The translations under genes were made by a program, and so were the position numbers. From Amphiscolops sp. MND2022 (taxonomy: Eukaryota), in contig OZ076409.1 of the NCBI GenBank assembly GCA_964187785.1, positions 23,128,001-23,192,000 of the forward strand: DNA of 64,000 bases, read 5' to 3'. Each line of letters begins with the position of its first letter. Position 1 is the stretch's first letter. Below are positions 1 to 11,998 of the stretch, piece after piece. The notes beneath the pieces were generated by a model, which did not search any database, was not told where the DNA came from, and saw only the letters and a list, made by a program, of their open reading frames with translations.

Positions 1-770
1 AAATACATCCACATATAATCAAGTAGTTTCTTCTTGAGATTCTCCGGGTTGAAAAAGTCGAGAGATCTCTGCATGACGTTTATTCTGAATCCAGTTCTGT
101 GCCAAAAATTCTGCCTCTGTATTCCATATCTAGTGTCTGGGAGCACAACACGTCTCCTTCTACCGCTGTTTGTGATTTTGAACTCTTTCGAAAAATCCAC
201 ATTGTAACTTCCTTCCAGTAGGTTACTGAAAAGTAAAAGGTCTTTGAGCACTTTAAAGTAGAGTGGTGATAATAGGTTTGATTGGACCAAAGCATCCTTA
301 TAATCCAAGTTCCCGCAAATCCACTTCAAAACTTTTTTGTTGAATGTTTCGAAGATTTTGAAACCTAGTTTTTCTTAGTTCCCAGCATTCGGAGGCAAAA
401 AGTAACGACGCTGTTATTATTGGTCGGTAGAGATGGGCTTTACTTAGGGTACAAATGATCGGGGACGTACTTCTTCTTAGCAGAAAGAAAGATTTTGCTG
501 CCTTCCCAACTCTAACTTTGACGTGCTCGGTCCAGTTTAGTGATTCGTCTATCATCGGGCCCACGTCACAAACAAGGCTTTTGTGGTTTAAACTTCGACC
601 CGCCATAATGAAACAAACTCCTTCCAGAGTGTTCTTAATTCTGCCGAACTGAAATTCGCTGATTGAACACTTTTTCAAATTGAATAGTAGATGATTTTGC
701 ACACTCCAGTTGTGAAGGGCTTGTAAGTCGATTTGTAGTTTCTCTAAGGATTTTCGTCCTGCTCTTCCAT
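1..770 (-). mobile_element. Decayed non-LTR retrotransposon (LINE, CR1/L2-like), copy 1: C-terminal part of RT
   Basis: ORF 298-849 contains LQIDLQALHNWSVQNHLLFNLKKC and the LNWTEHV region typical of LINE RT downstream of YADD. Bases 1-~425 are near-identical to 955-~1378. Frameshifted. Confidence 0.8.
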
Positions 771-794
771 TGAAATGCAGTTTCAATTGTCGGC

Positions 795-795
<1 letters not shown>

Positions 796-828
<33 letters not shown>

Positions 829-2896
829 AGGGCTTCGTGGATATGCCACCGGGGAATTATACCCCGCTATTACAATCTAGGATTGGCACGACAGTCCACA
901 CATAAGCAAATAAATATCCAAGTACAGGGATTGTTTTCAGTATAATGTCTGTTAAAATACCTCCACGTATAATCAAGTAGTTTCTTCTTGAGATTCTCCG
1001 GGTTGAAGAAATCGAGAGATCTTTGCACGACGTTTATTCTGAATCCAATTCTGTACCAAAATTTCTGCCTCTGTATTTCATATCTAGTGTCTGGAAGCAC
1101 AACACGTCTCCATCTACCGCTGTTTGTGATTTTGAATTCTTTCGAAAAATCCACATTGTATCTTCCTTCCAGTATGTTACTGAAAAATAAAAAGTCTTTG
1201 AGCACTTTAAAGTAGAGTGGTGGTTATAGGTTTGATTGGACCAAACCATCCTTATAATCCAAATTCCCGCAAATCCACTTCAAAACTTTTTTGTTGAATG
1301 TTTCAATGATTTTGAAACTAGTTTTTCTTAGTTCCCAGCATTCGGATGCAAAAAGTAACGACGCTGTTATTATTGTTCGGTCGATAACTGGTCACCTACT
1401 CGCACTTTCTGTGTTCTTCCCAATAGGTAGTCTTGTATTAGCTCAAATAATGCCTTGGAGATGGGAATTTGCAGCAACTTTTTCATCAGGATACTATACT
1501 TTATTTTATCAAACACTTTAGAGAAGTCAAATAGGACTAATAAATTAACAGAGTCTCTCGAGCTCAAGTGTGAGTAAATATGAGTTAGGCAGTATAATTG
1601 CAGTACAACTGAACATCTTGGCCTGAAACCAAATTGGAAACTACTTATTAAACTAGCAAACGCAGTACAAATTGGTGCAAGGATGAATTTTTCAAATGGT
1701 TTTCAGATTATGTTCAGGAAAGTAACTGGCCTGTAGTTCGAAACTTCTCTTTTGTCACCATCTTTTTATATCGGACTGACAATTCCAGTCTTCCATGCAG
1801 ATGGAAATTTGCGCAATCGCTTGATATTATTGAACAAATTTCGAAGGGACGTAGCGATTGATCCACCGCATTTCTAAACAATATGGGTGGTATCGAATTG
1901 TGACCTCTAATCTTCGAGGTGTTAAGTGACCGCAGCTCTGCTCTGTTTTTATCAAATCTTCCGTTGTCTTGATGTCATTTTCGCCGTAAATATGCTGTTC
2001 GCTTGGTTGGAAGTATTCATAATCATCGTCAGTCACTACCGTAGCAAAGTAATTGTTAAAAAGGTTTGCCTTCTCAAGATCCGTGGTAGCTTCCTTTTTC
2101 AAGCTCTCGGTTTTTTTAACTGGCGGTAGACTGTCCCTTTTCAGGCTTTTGAAATATTTGAAAATTCGTCCTTTGAGTCTGCTGGCAAAAACCTTTTGTT
2201 CGTAATCCACTCTGTCATTTGTTTGCAGTTGATCACATTCTTTAGTTAGCCTTTTCAGTTTTTCAGACGTACACAGTCCTTTTTTTCCGCAGTTTTCTTC
2301 CCTCTGTTTCAATCATGTTCATGTGATATGATGTCCCAGCAGATGTCCATGCAGGCAGTAGTTGCCAGTTTTTAGTTCGGATAGTAACATGTTTTTCGAT
2401 CAATTGAAAAATCCATTCATACCAGAGATTCGTGTTAACATCCACATTGCTATAGCAGCACGGTTCGAATGGATTGGCAATGATATCTTCATTCAACGCA
2501 TCGAAATCACAATTGCAGTAACTAAAGTATCTCGTTGACAATTTCTCTGGAACTTTACTATTTATGGACACATTGATGGCGATAGGAAAATGGACTGAGA
2601 ACCGAGATAGCTTTCCGCACAGCTTTGTATCATTATTGATTGAAACTTCATTGCAAAACACAAGGTCAAAACAGCTTTTCTTTTTTGTATTGAAATCAAT
2701 GTATTGTTTTAAGTTCAAATCGAACACCAGCGAAGCGATCTGATTTTCATAATCATTGACAGAGTCGTAGGAACTCCATTTAGTGCGAGGCATGATGAGG
2801 TCACCGGTAAAAAAGAGACGCTTGGAGCACGTTTCTTCAAAGAAGCGGAATACCTTCTGTAAGTCCTCAATAGATATCTGGTATTTGCTGGATCCA
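796..2896 (-). mobile_element. Decayed LINE copy 2 (endonuclease remnant plus RT), internally deleted, with (TAA)n tail
   Basis: Fragments CFDLVFCN (APE end), KANLFNNYF, a NYRPV-like motif (~1725-1740), DFSKVFD and RTQKVRVG, plus a C-terminal NPCTWIFICLC. A junction at ~1380 skips the QG/YADD core. (TAT)n on the + strand at 796-827 reads as a 3' microsatellite tail. Confidence 0.8.
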
Positions 2897-2989
2897 AGTT
2901 GTTTCGATCCTATTCAAAAATTTGGTATGTCGACCTGAAGACTAACTCTGATTTTCGATCCCGTTCCTTCGACCTATTTCCGCCCACCC
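2897..2989 (-). mobile_element. Truncated copy of ~350-bp MITE family A (one terminus only)
   Basis: Reverse complement of the GGGTGGGCGGAAATAGGTCGAAGG end seen at 18389, 18757 and 37688. Confidence 0.8.
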
Positions 2990-3024
2990 AACTCATTGAT
3001 GTTGTCGAAAAACTCAACTAAATT

Positions 3025-3500
3025 TTTAGGCGAAATGACCAAACGGGAATAACGTCTAAATAATCATGTTTCGAAAAAGGCTTTCTGAAAGCGAAAATAT
3101 CAAAATGTGGGGCATATGCGGTGTATGCACACTCGCCCTCACCGTCGCAAAGACCAGCTCCCACTACGATCGCTTCGCGATCTCCGTTCCCGCTAGGTCT
3201 TTGCTCCTGTTCGACCTCGCTTAGCAAGATGGAACATAAGCGGCCCCAAGGGGCCGCGGGGCACTAGAAGGAATGGGACATATCCGAGGCACGTTTTCTA
3301 TTTTATATCACTTTTTAGTTTTAGATCTTAAACGATTTATTTGTTTTCCAATTTCATGTGTTTTTCACGTTTCTGAAAAAAAATTAGGCGAAGTGACCAA
3401 AGTAAAAGACGTTTCGCCTAAAAAAATTAGGCGAAGTGACCAAACACGTTAGGCGAAATGACTTTAGGCGAAATGGCATTAGGCGAAATGACCATTTCCC
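3025..3500. mobile_element. MITE-like element with TAGGCGAA(A/G)TGACC subterminal repeats and shared core B
   Basis: About six copies of taggcgaa(a/g)tg(a/g)c, ending in ...gaccatttccc at 3500. Its interior 3118-3288 matches 18988-19160. Confidence 0.6.
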
Positions 3501-4243
3501 ATTTGTACAATGCCTTTTAGTAATTATCCTCCAAACGATAATTGAATCAGTCACCATGATGATAAGAACACGCGGTAGTAAAGCCTCAGTTTAAGAGGCA
3601 ATTGAGACAATTGCGTGCTAAAATGACTGGTGCTTGCGGTCATACTGGATCAAACATGAATAATTAAACGCCGATTATCACCCGTCACGACTGTAGCCAC
3701 CAGTCGTCAAGTGCAATTAAACAGCAATTAGTAAATCGAATGTCATTGGCTAAAAGCAAAGGTGCTAACACACCTTTATAGTTACACAATCGGGTAAAAC
3801 CGAACTCACTCACAAGTTGTAACCATTGATATAACCAGTTGCCTACTACCTTGCTTACGAGTTGTCAATCCTTATTTTAACATTAAAACATTCCAATTCA
3901 ACTTAAATTTCCAGACTTTTCATGGTAATTACCAGATCTCAAAGTAGTCAAAATAGACAAGTAGAAACTGAAAATATGGATAGATCAAGCGATAACGAAA
4001 GTGTAGCCAGTTTCCCTGAACTTTTATCCAGAGACCAAATGGTAGACCTTGACTCTGACGACGTTTTAACTAGACGTCAAAACAGTAACAGTTATAACAT
4101 TGACCAGCGATTTAATGAGATAAATAGACAAATCGGAGACCTTATCAATATAGTCCTTACACTGACCAATCAGTTTGCCTCCGTTAATGGAGAAGGGAAC
4201 AGACTGAATCCAGCAACTACAAGTACTGACGGTCGTTCCGACA
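3501..4243 (+). repeat. 5' LTR of Gypsy 1 (3' 743 bp only)
   Basis: Near-identical to 17316-18058 (about 5 mismatches seen by eye). Ends ...TTCCGACA immediately before the PBS. Confidence 0.95.
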
Positions 4244-5461
4244 TGGTGACAGGAGTCTCGAACCCACGACCATCAGGATCTCGAACAACACCACCCAACG
4301 GGACACCAAGGAGGACTGACGAAAGTATTCCGCAGATAGCAGATGTGATGACGGAAATCCACCATCTCCGCAGTACAATGGGGGAAACCTTGACCCATCC
4401 AAAAATCCTGCAGACCCAAGTACCTCTATTCAAGGGAAATCGAGACAAATACAATGAATTCGAGCATTTATTGCTCAACCACTTACGACCACATGCCCAC
4501 AAACTAACCGAAGAACAAAAACTCAACTACTTTCAGAGTCTTCTCAGAGATGACGCAATTGAGTTTTGGCAAACCCTAACAATCACGACAGAAACGACAC
4601 TGAGAGATATACTGACGGCATTCAAAAAAGAATAAGCAAAGGAACAACTCTCAGAAGTCTCGAAGTTCAAATTCGACCACCTACGATACGATCCGGCCAC
4701 TGAGTCATTCAGTACCTTCCTCGCCAATTACAAAAAGATTGCCAAACAAGCCTACGGCGAAAAGGCACAGAAAATTGTCCAGACCTTCCTATTTGCCAAA
4801 TTACCGATCCAGCTCCAAAACGAACTGGCAATTGCAGGAAAACACAATGCCAGCATTGAAGACATCAAAACATTCGTCCAGAGAAGATGTCAATATGCCC
4901 AGTAACTACCAAACCAACAACTCCTCCAACCGTTCAACCAAGCTATCCAGACACAAGAAGTCCCAAAAAAGCCAGTTGTTCAGAAGAGGAACGAAAACGA
5001 ACGACCAACAATCAAAAAGAAATTCGATGGCAACTGCAGATACTGCGCAATTTACGGACACAAATGGGCTGAGTGCCGAAAACGACTGCGTGACGAAGCA
5101 GCGGGCAACAACAACTCACAACCTCAGAAAAAAGCCCGAACAGCAAAATAACAACGCAGAAACACAACCAAAATACAATGCCAAACTGGTCTGCCAAATT
5201 TGCGGATATACAGGTCACTCCGCAAAAGACTGCCGTTACAGAATACCCCAAACCTCCGCCTACGGAAGCGTGCCATACAATAGGCAAACCACAAATTAAA
5301 ACAGGGACCTCCGACGCGACTTCCGAAGAGCACACAACTACCCTTACCCAGCAAATGAAATGAACGAACTTGCACCAGGGGACCAACAACAGCAAACCAG
5401 TGATGACTACTACCAACAGGAATTCACCGAAGGATCATCCAGCCAGCCAAAAAACTTCTGA
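3922..5461 (+). pseudogene. gag: gag of Gypsy 1, disrupted
   Basis: Starts MVITRSQ inside the LTR. Capsid-like region VPLFKG...FEHLL...EFWQ. CCHC knuckles CRYCAIYGHKWAEC (5035-5076) and CQICGYTGHSAKDC (5192-5233). In-frame stops at 4633, 4903 and 5297, and a frameshift near 5130. Confidence 0.9.
4244..4256 (+). promoter_or_regulatory. Primer-binding site (TGGTGACAGGAGT), most similar to a tRNA-Leu 3' end
   Basis: TGG directly follows the LTR-terminal CA. One mismatch to the usual tRNA-Leu(CAG)-type PBS TGGTGTCAGGAGT, so tRNA identity is tentative. Confidence 0.7.
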
Positions 5462-8400
5462 AGCCACGTCATCCGACTGACTATTACAATAACAAAGTGC
5501 GCAACATGAACAACTACTACTACACAAAGAACTACAAAAACCGGGCAACTGATCTTCGGCAGGATCAGAAACCTAAGGCTACAACTACCCACGAAACAAC
5601 CAATGACAAAGTGAACCCTCCCTCCGAACCAACGGACGTGAACTTACAAACGACAGAAGACAAACAGCACTCTAACTCGACTACAACGACTGACTGTACA
5701 AGGAAAACAATGAACCGAAAGAAAGACGTGGCGATCCAGGTGTTAACAGCAACACTCCAATTAAACAAAAAGGACAAGATGTTGTACGTCCCATTGCAAT
5801 TCCGAGAATACGAGAACCACGGACTCCTCGACACAGGAGCAATAAGAAGTGCAATGTCAGAAGACGAACTCAGACGAATCCTGTCTGCACACCCAGCCGC
5901 ACTTCTCGAAGAGTACCCAGCACCGGACTTCAAAGTCCAAATCGCAAACGGAAGCATCGTCCCGGTCCGGAAACAGGTACTACTTCGCTTCTTCATCGGA
6001 GGTAAAGTATTCGAGGAAACCTTCATGATTCTTCCAACCATGGATAACATCTTGATCGGAATGTCATTTTTCAAAAAGTATTCAGTGACACTTGACCTTG
6101 CCAACAACGTAGTCAAGTTCCCGGATATTACCCTGCAACTGAAACCAGAACGAGGACGATACAAAAATCCAGATGATCAAATTACGAACGACACAGAAAA
6201 CAGTCATACAACCGGACCACCAAATCATTGTCCCCGTCCTAGCAGAAAGGGACCTCGGGACAATCCAGGGCACAGTGGAAACCTTTCCTGCCTTTGAAAG
6301 GAAGACACAATTACTGGTGTCCCCCGCCCTAACGCAAATCACTGAGAAGAAAAGCCATGTCCAGATCACCAACCTCACTTGCCATACAATTACCCTCAAC
6401 CCGAACACGACAGTGGCCACCTTCAAAATAATGACTCCCAATCAAGCAAAAAACCTACAATCAATGTCAAACGAACAATTGACACTAATAACCAAATACC
6501 CGGACGAAGCCAACAACGTACTGAACCAACTGTTCCAGGAACCCGGCACTGAAACCAACCGCAGATGGTACCCAACCCCGGAGACATGTGACGACCCGTC
6601 CAAGCTGAACCGCATTGAAAGGCGGATATATGACGAAATCACTCAACTCCGTGAAGAAGAGAAACTGGACCCAACAGCAGACGACCAACAACGCAAGGAG
6701 TTCCTTGCTAACTTCAAATGGGAGAACTCAATCCTGAATGAACACGAACAACAACAAATTGAGAACCTCCTTGTGAAGTACAACAATGTATTCGCCAGAC
6801 ACCGCCTCGACATAGGCATCAATACTGACTTCAAAATCAAACTCACTCCGAAGCATGATGAACCAGTCTACGCGCAGAGCTTACCTACACTCACCAACCT
6901 CAAAGATGACCTGCTCGTCGAACTAGCGCTGATGCAAGAGTACGGGATCATCACGACGTTGCCGTACAGCAAGTATTCCTCACCAATATTTGCCCAGCGC
7001 AAACCCAATGGGAAACTTCGCATTCTTGTAGACCTGCGCAGAATCAACCACCTCTTGAAAAATGATTAAAACCAACATAATCATCCAGTCACCACCATCG
7101 CCGACGCCGCCCAGCACATGGCAGGGAAGAAGTACTTCTGCAAGCTGGACTGCTCGCAGGCGTACCACTGTTTGCAGATGGCGGATGAACAATCCATACA
7201 ACTCTTGGCATTTAATTTTGGAAGTCGAACCTTTGCTTATCTACGACTGGCACAAGGACTCAACCGATCCCTATCAGCATTCAACAGCACGGTGCGAGAA
7301 TACGTTGATGCACTGGTGAAAGCGGATAAATGTGCCCAATATGTCGACGACATTGGGATTGCTGCCCACACTGTAGATGAGCTACTGTCAAACATTGAAG
7401 CTGTGTTCCAACAAATCCAAAAAGCAGGACTGAAATTGTCGATGTCAAAATGTGCGTTTGGCCACCCACAGATCGACTTCCTCGGGAGAAGCATCACATC
7501 AAAGGGTGTCGCCCCACTCGAAGACAAGATCGACGACTTCCTCAAGAAGATCAAATTGCCCACATCAATCAAATCCCTCCAAAGGTACATCGGGTTTGTC
7601 CAGTTCTACAGGCAGTACATACCACGCCTAGCAGAAAAACTCACCCCACTGTACAAACTACTCCAAAAAGACGTCAAATTCCAGTTGACCCAGCAGCACA
7701 AGGACATCATCTTCGAGATTAATGAAAATCTTGCCAAAGCTGCGAAACTTTCGCTGCGTCTGCCGTTACCCGATAAACAGCTTGTTATAATGTGCGACGC
7801 CAGCGAGCAGGCGGCAGGATATGTCCTCCTGATAGAAGACTATACCGAAACAAACGATGGACCACTGAAAACGTACGCCCCAGTATCATTTGGATCCCAA
7901 CGATTCACGGAGGGCCAAATGTCCCTAACAATGTACGCAAAGGAATTCCTGGCGATGCATTTCGCATTCGATGAATTCGCACACATACTCTGGGGTGTCA
8001 AGAAACCAACAATAGTAATGACGGACAATAAAGCACTGACCCGATTTTTTCAGTCTAAACGGATTCCCCCGAAGCTATGGAATTACTGCGATCAGACGCT
8101 CCAATTCGAATTCGTACTTGCCCACGTTCCTGGAACTGAGAACCCTGCTGCAGACTACCTGTCTCGTCTTGACATACGACCAGAGGAAAGAATACACCTC
8201 AAACTCAACAACGAGATACCAGTCTTCCACGTCGAGATCGACCTGGCATCGAGAACACCCAAGCAGGACGAAGAAGAAGAAGAATACATACCTGATGACC
8301 AACACACTACCACCACCAAACAAAATGAAGCCATCAACGCCATCCTGGACCAGATCCCCATGTGCAGCAACGAATCGAGTGGACAGTTTCTCGAGAGGAT

Positions 8401-10254
8401 AGAAACCATCCGTCATCAAATCACACCCATCGTCACAGGGCAACATGACGAGATGACGTTCACCAGATTCAGACGAAAGCTTCATGACAACGTGGTAAAC
8501 CAGGTATGCCCCAATGGGGAGTTTCAAATCATCCAGGATCAAGTCGTAAACCTTGACATCCAACGCATGATTAGAATTTTGAACCTAAAGGAAACCCTTC
8601 CTAATCATGTGAACTTTGAAAGTCAGTTTTTCCAAAAACTAGTTAAAAACAAGAAAAGACTTGAAGTAGTGAGCAACGTTTTGTACAGGAGTTTTTTTGA
8701 TGGTACAGGTGAAATCAAGTGTAAACAAGTTGTCACTCCCCCTGAAACCATTCGGAAAATCATTCAATCCCTGCACGATGACCCTCTGCAAGGTCACCCT
8801 GGCTGTAACAAAATGCTCCATGAACTGCGTAAAAGGTACTACTCACCAAACCTCTCTGAACTGGTACTGCAATACGTCTCGAACTGCCAGGACTGCATCC
8901 GCGCAAAACCAATCCGAAAAGCTGCAATCACACCACCACTTCAACAAATATACGACCCCTGCAACGGACCAGAAGACATACTAGAAATCGATTTAGTCGG
9001 TGAACTCCCACCTTCCAACGGATGCACACACATCCTCACTGCATGCGACTACTTTTCTAGGTACCTCTTCGCAATACCAATCCGTAAACCGGACACAAAG
9101 TCGGTCGTAGAAGCACTCATGCAAATCTTCACGCAGCACTCGTATGTACCCAAAACAATCTTAACTGACAAGGGAACGACATTCACATCTCAACTACTCA
9201 ACGCCCTGATGGAGTCTGCCGGTATAAAAATCAACACGCCTCTGTAAAGCACGCACAAACGATCGGGATGGTTGAACGTTCACATCAAAAACTGAAACAA
9301 ATTCTCAAAATCAACATCTCAGCTGATTCACCACAATGGCACAAATACGTCAACATGGCCGTAATGGCCCATAACACAACCTACCACCAGGCTATCCGAT
9401 GCACACCCACTGAAGTTTTCCACGGACGTGTTCCGTTCAATGCCCTTGACGTCAAATTTGGCCATCCATTAACCGAACAACGTAACACCACTGACGTCAC
9501 TGGAATACTAGATAACATGAACAAAAAATTCCAACAAACACATGACAACATAATCGAAGCCTTTCACAAATACAAGAATTACTACGACCGAAAAGCGCAA
9601 GCTTCACCTCTGAAAGTAAATGATTTCACCTTTCTGCTAAACAAAAGACTGTCTCAGCAATCTGAAAAAATTCCTTTCAAGGAATTCAAGTGGGAAGGCC
9701 CATACAAAGTGGTCAAAGTCTTGTCAAATTCAAATTACATCATACGTAAGATTGGCACTCTTCGCACCCAATGCGATCACAGAATGAGGCTTCGCCCATT
9801 CACGCCAAACGCACCAATCGAAGACATTCAAGACAATGCATCACAATATTTCGAAGATCCTGACGCCCTCAACGAGCAGGAGTTATTTGACAATAACCTA
9901 CCTGATCATGTCCATGAACAGCCACAACAAGTAATACCTGAACAATCAAACTTCGAAGAGTTACACGCAGACCATGGAATGATCTACTACGAACGGCAAA
10001 ACATAGAACCTGATCAAAACATCTCCATACCTGAAAGCCAGGCTGAAACACAAGAACCACAACCGGATAATGCTAGCATGAACAATTCTGAACACCAAAC
10101 AAATGATCGCCCTCCAGCGCCATCACGACACACCATGTCTCGATACGGGCTCAGACACAACCCAAAACCTACCACGTACCCTGATTTCTTAATGCACGAA
10201 TTACATGGTACGCCTTCACTGCAACAGTTACTTCTGAAAAACAGAAACCTGTAA
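5449..10254 (+). pseudogene. pol: pol of Gypsy 1 (aspartic protease, RT, RNase H, integrase), disrupted
   Basis: Motifs LLDTGA; RILVDLRRIN; YVDD; CDAS...KEFLA...TDNKAL...ADYLS; H..GH..C..C; integrase core EIDLV...TDKG...VERSH. Frameshifts at ~6165 and ~9237, stop at 7067. Confidence 0.96.
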
Positions 10255-11998
10255 AACACCCATCCCTCATTGCATTTCTCAAACCAACGACTGCTAACAG
10301 CAGTCATAAACAGTCTCGCTCCTTGACCGTAAAAGTAATTGTTTTACAATTACGACCCTGTATACCAGTACTCAACAAGCAGTATTTAAAATTCCGGACA
10401 ACCTAGCACACAATCCAATTAATACGATTAAATGACCATCCACTTCCGTCGTCACTGTTTGAGCTGTCTAATTACTTAGCGTCAACTACTACGTAAGAAG
10501 CAAACAAACGGTAACGCAACGACTGCAAACGCCAATCATCCCAACACTTGCGGCCCAGAAGCACACGTAGCACGCAAAAATTTGAACGATAATTTATTCA
10601 ATTCTCACCAAAACTACCACTTCAACAAACGAAACGAAACACTTCGCTTAGAAAACCGTCGAAACACAACTAACGAAACGTGAAAGAAAACAACGTTCCC
10701 TACAATCGCAACAAACTAACAGTGACGATCTGCTGCCTGGAAAACGTTAAGACAACACAACCAATACTCCACCCATTTCGACTTAAACCCATAGTGCTGG
10801 CTGTGTGGGTGCGTCGTCGAAAAGCGCGCTTGTGTGGTTGGTCGTCACCATACAGATGAAGGTTGCTCTTTAGCAACTGGATTCAGTGTTAGTTTTGCAT
10901 AGGTGGTTCCGACGGGAGTTCACCTTTTCCAATGAACTGAACACCAAAAATAACAAACCAACCATAGACGATAACACAACGCCGGTAAAGAACAAGAGCT
11001 TGCCAAATTCAGAAAACAATGAATACCCGACCCCTTAAAAGTAACCACATATGCGAAGGCTTCGCCTCGCTTGGGAAAAGATTCAGGAGTGCGCGGCCCC
11101 AACCTCTGCTTAGTATTAAAATCTACACACACCCATAGTTCTCAGTCTAACAACTTCCTACCACCGAAGTTAACATAATGTAAGAACTCGCGATCTTGAC
11201 GACACACATCACGTATGATGACGTCCCAGGACACACATCAACGATGATGACGTCGCGTACACAGACCGCTACATGTAATATATTGAAACACACTAAAATA
11301 CATGTAAAATAGTCCCTAAAAATTATAACATGAATATTACATACACACAAAATAAGTCATGCATCAAACCAAGGATACACTCCTTGAGCCTTCCGTCATC
11401 GTAATGAACAAGCTGCTCAGTCAAGTACCTTACAGTGCGGCGCTAAGGACTGGAAGGCCATGGTCTGAATGTCTCGTTACCATTCTCGAGCCTTCACTAA
11501 CAACTTACATGAAAACCTGGCTCTCGAGTACCATGCACAGCACAGTTTGACGCGTGAAAAAAAATGTTTATGCTAATGGTTACCACAGTGACAACCATAA
11601 CCAACATGAACTTCCTCAATAAATTCCCTGAACACGCCGTAACAATTAGAGCGTAAGTCCACTCGAAACCATAGCGAAGTATGGGTTACCCCATACACAC
11701 ACTTAAGAAAGACAAAGCCAGTCCAGCATCATGCATAAACGTACATACAAGCAAAACAAGTGAAAAACCTCTTGTGACGTCCGAACTGTCCAGTCCTAAG
11801 GAAAAACAAAGAAGAGTACTATGACGGTTGCAACCATCTAATTAAATCACTAGAAAGTGCAAGACCTACTAAGGCCAAAACAAAAAAAATTGCAGCCTAT
11901 AAAGCAAATCACAATATCAGGACTCAATAAATACACAAAAAGCTGAATACACAAAGAAGTATGGAAAGTCTGATTACTAATACAAGTCCTTCTGCCAA

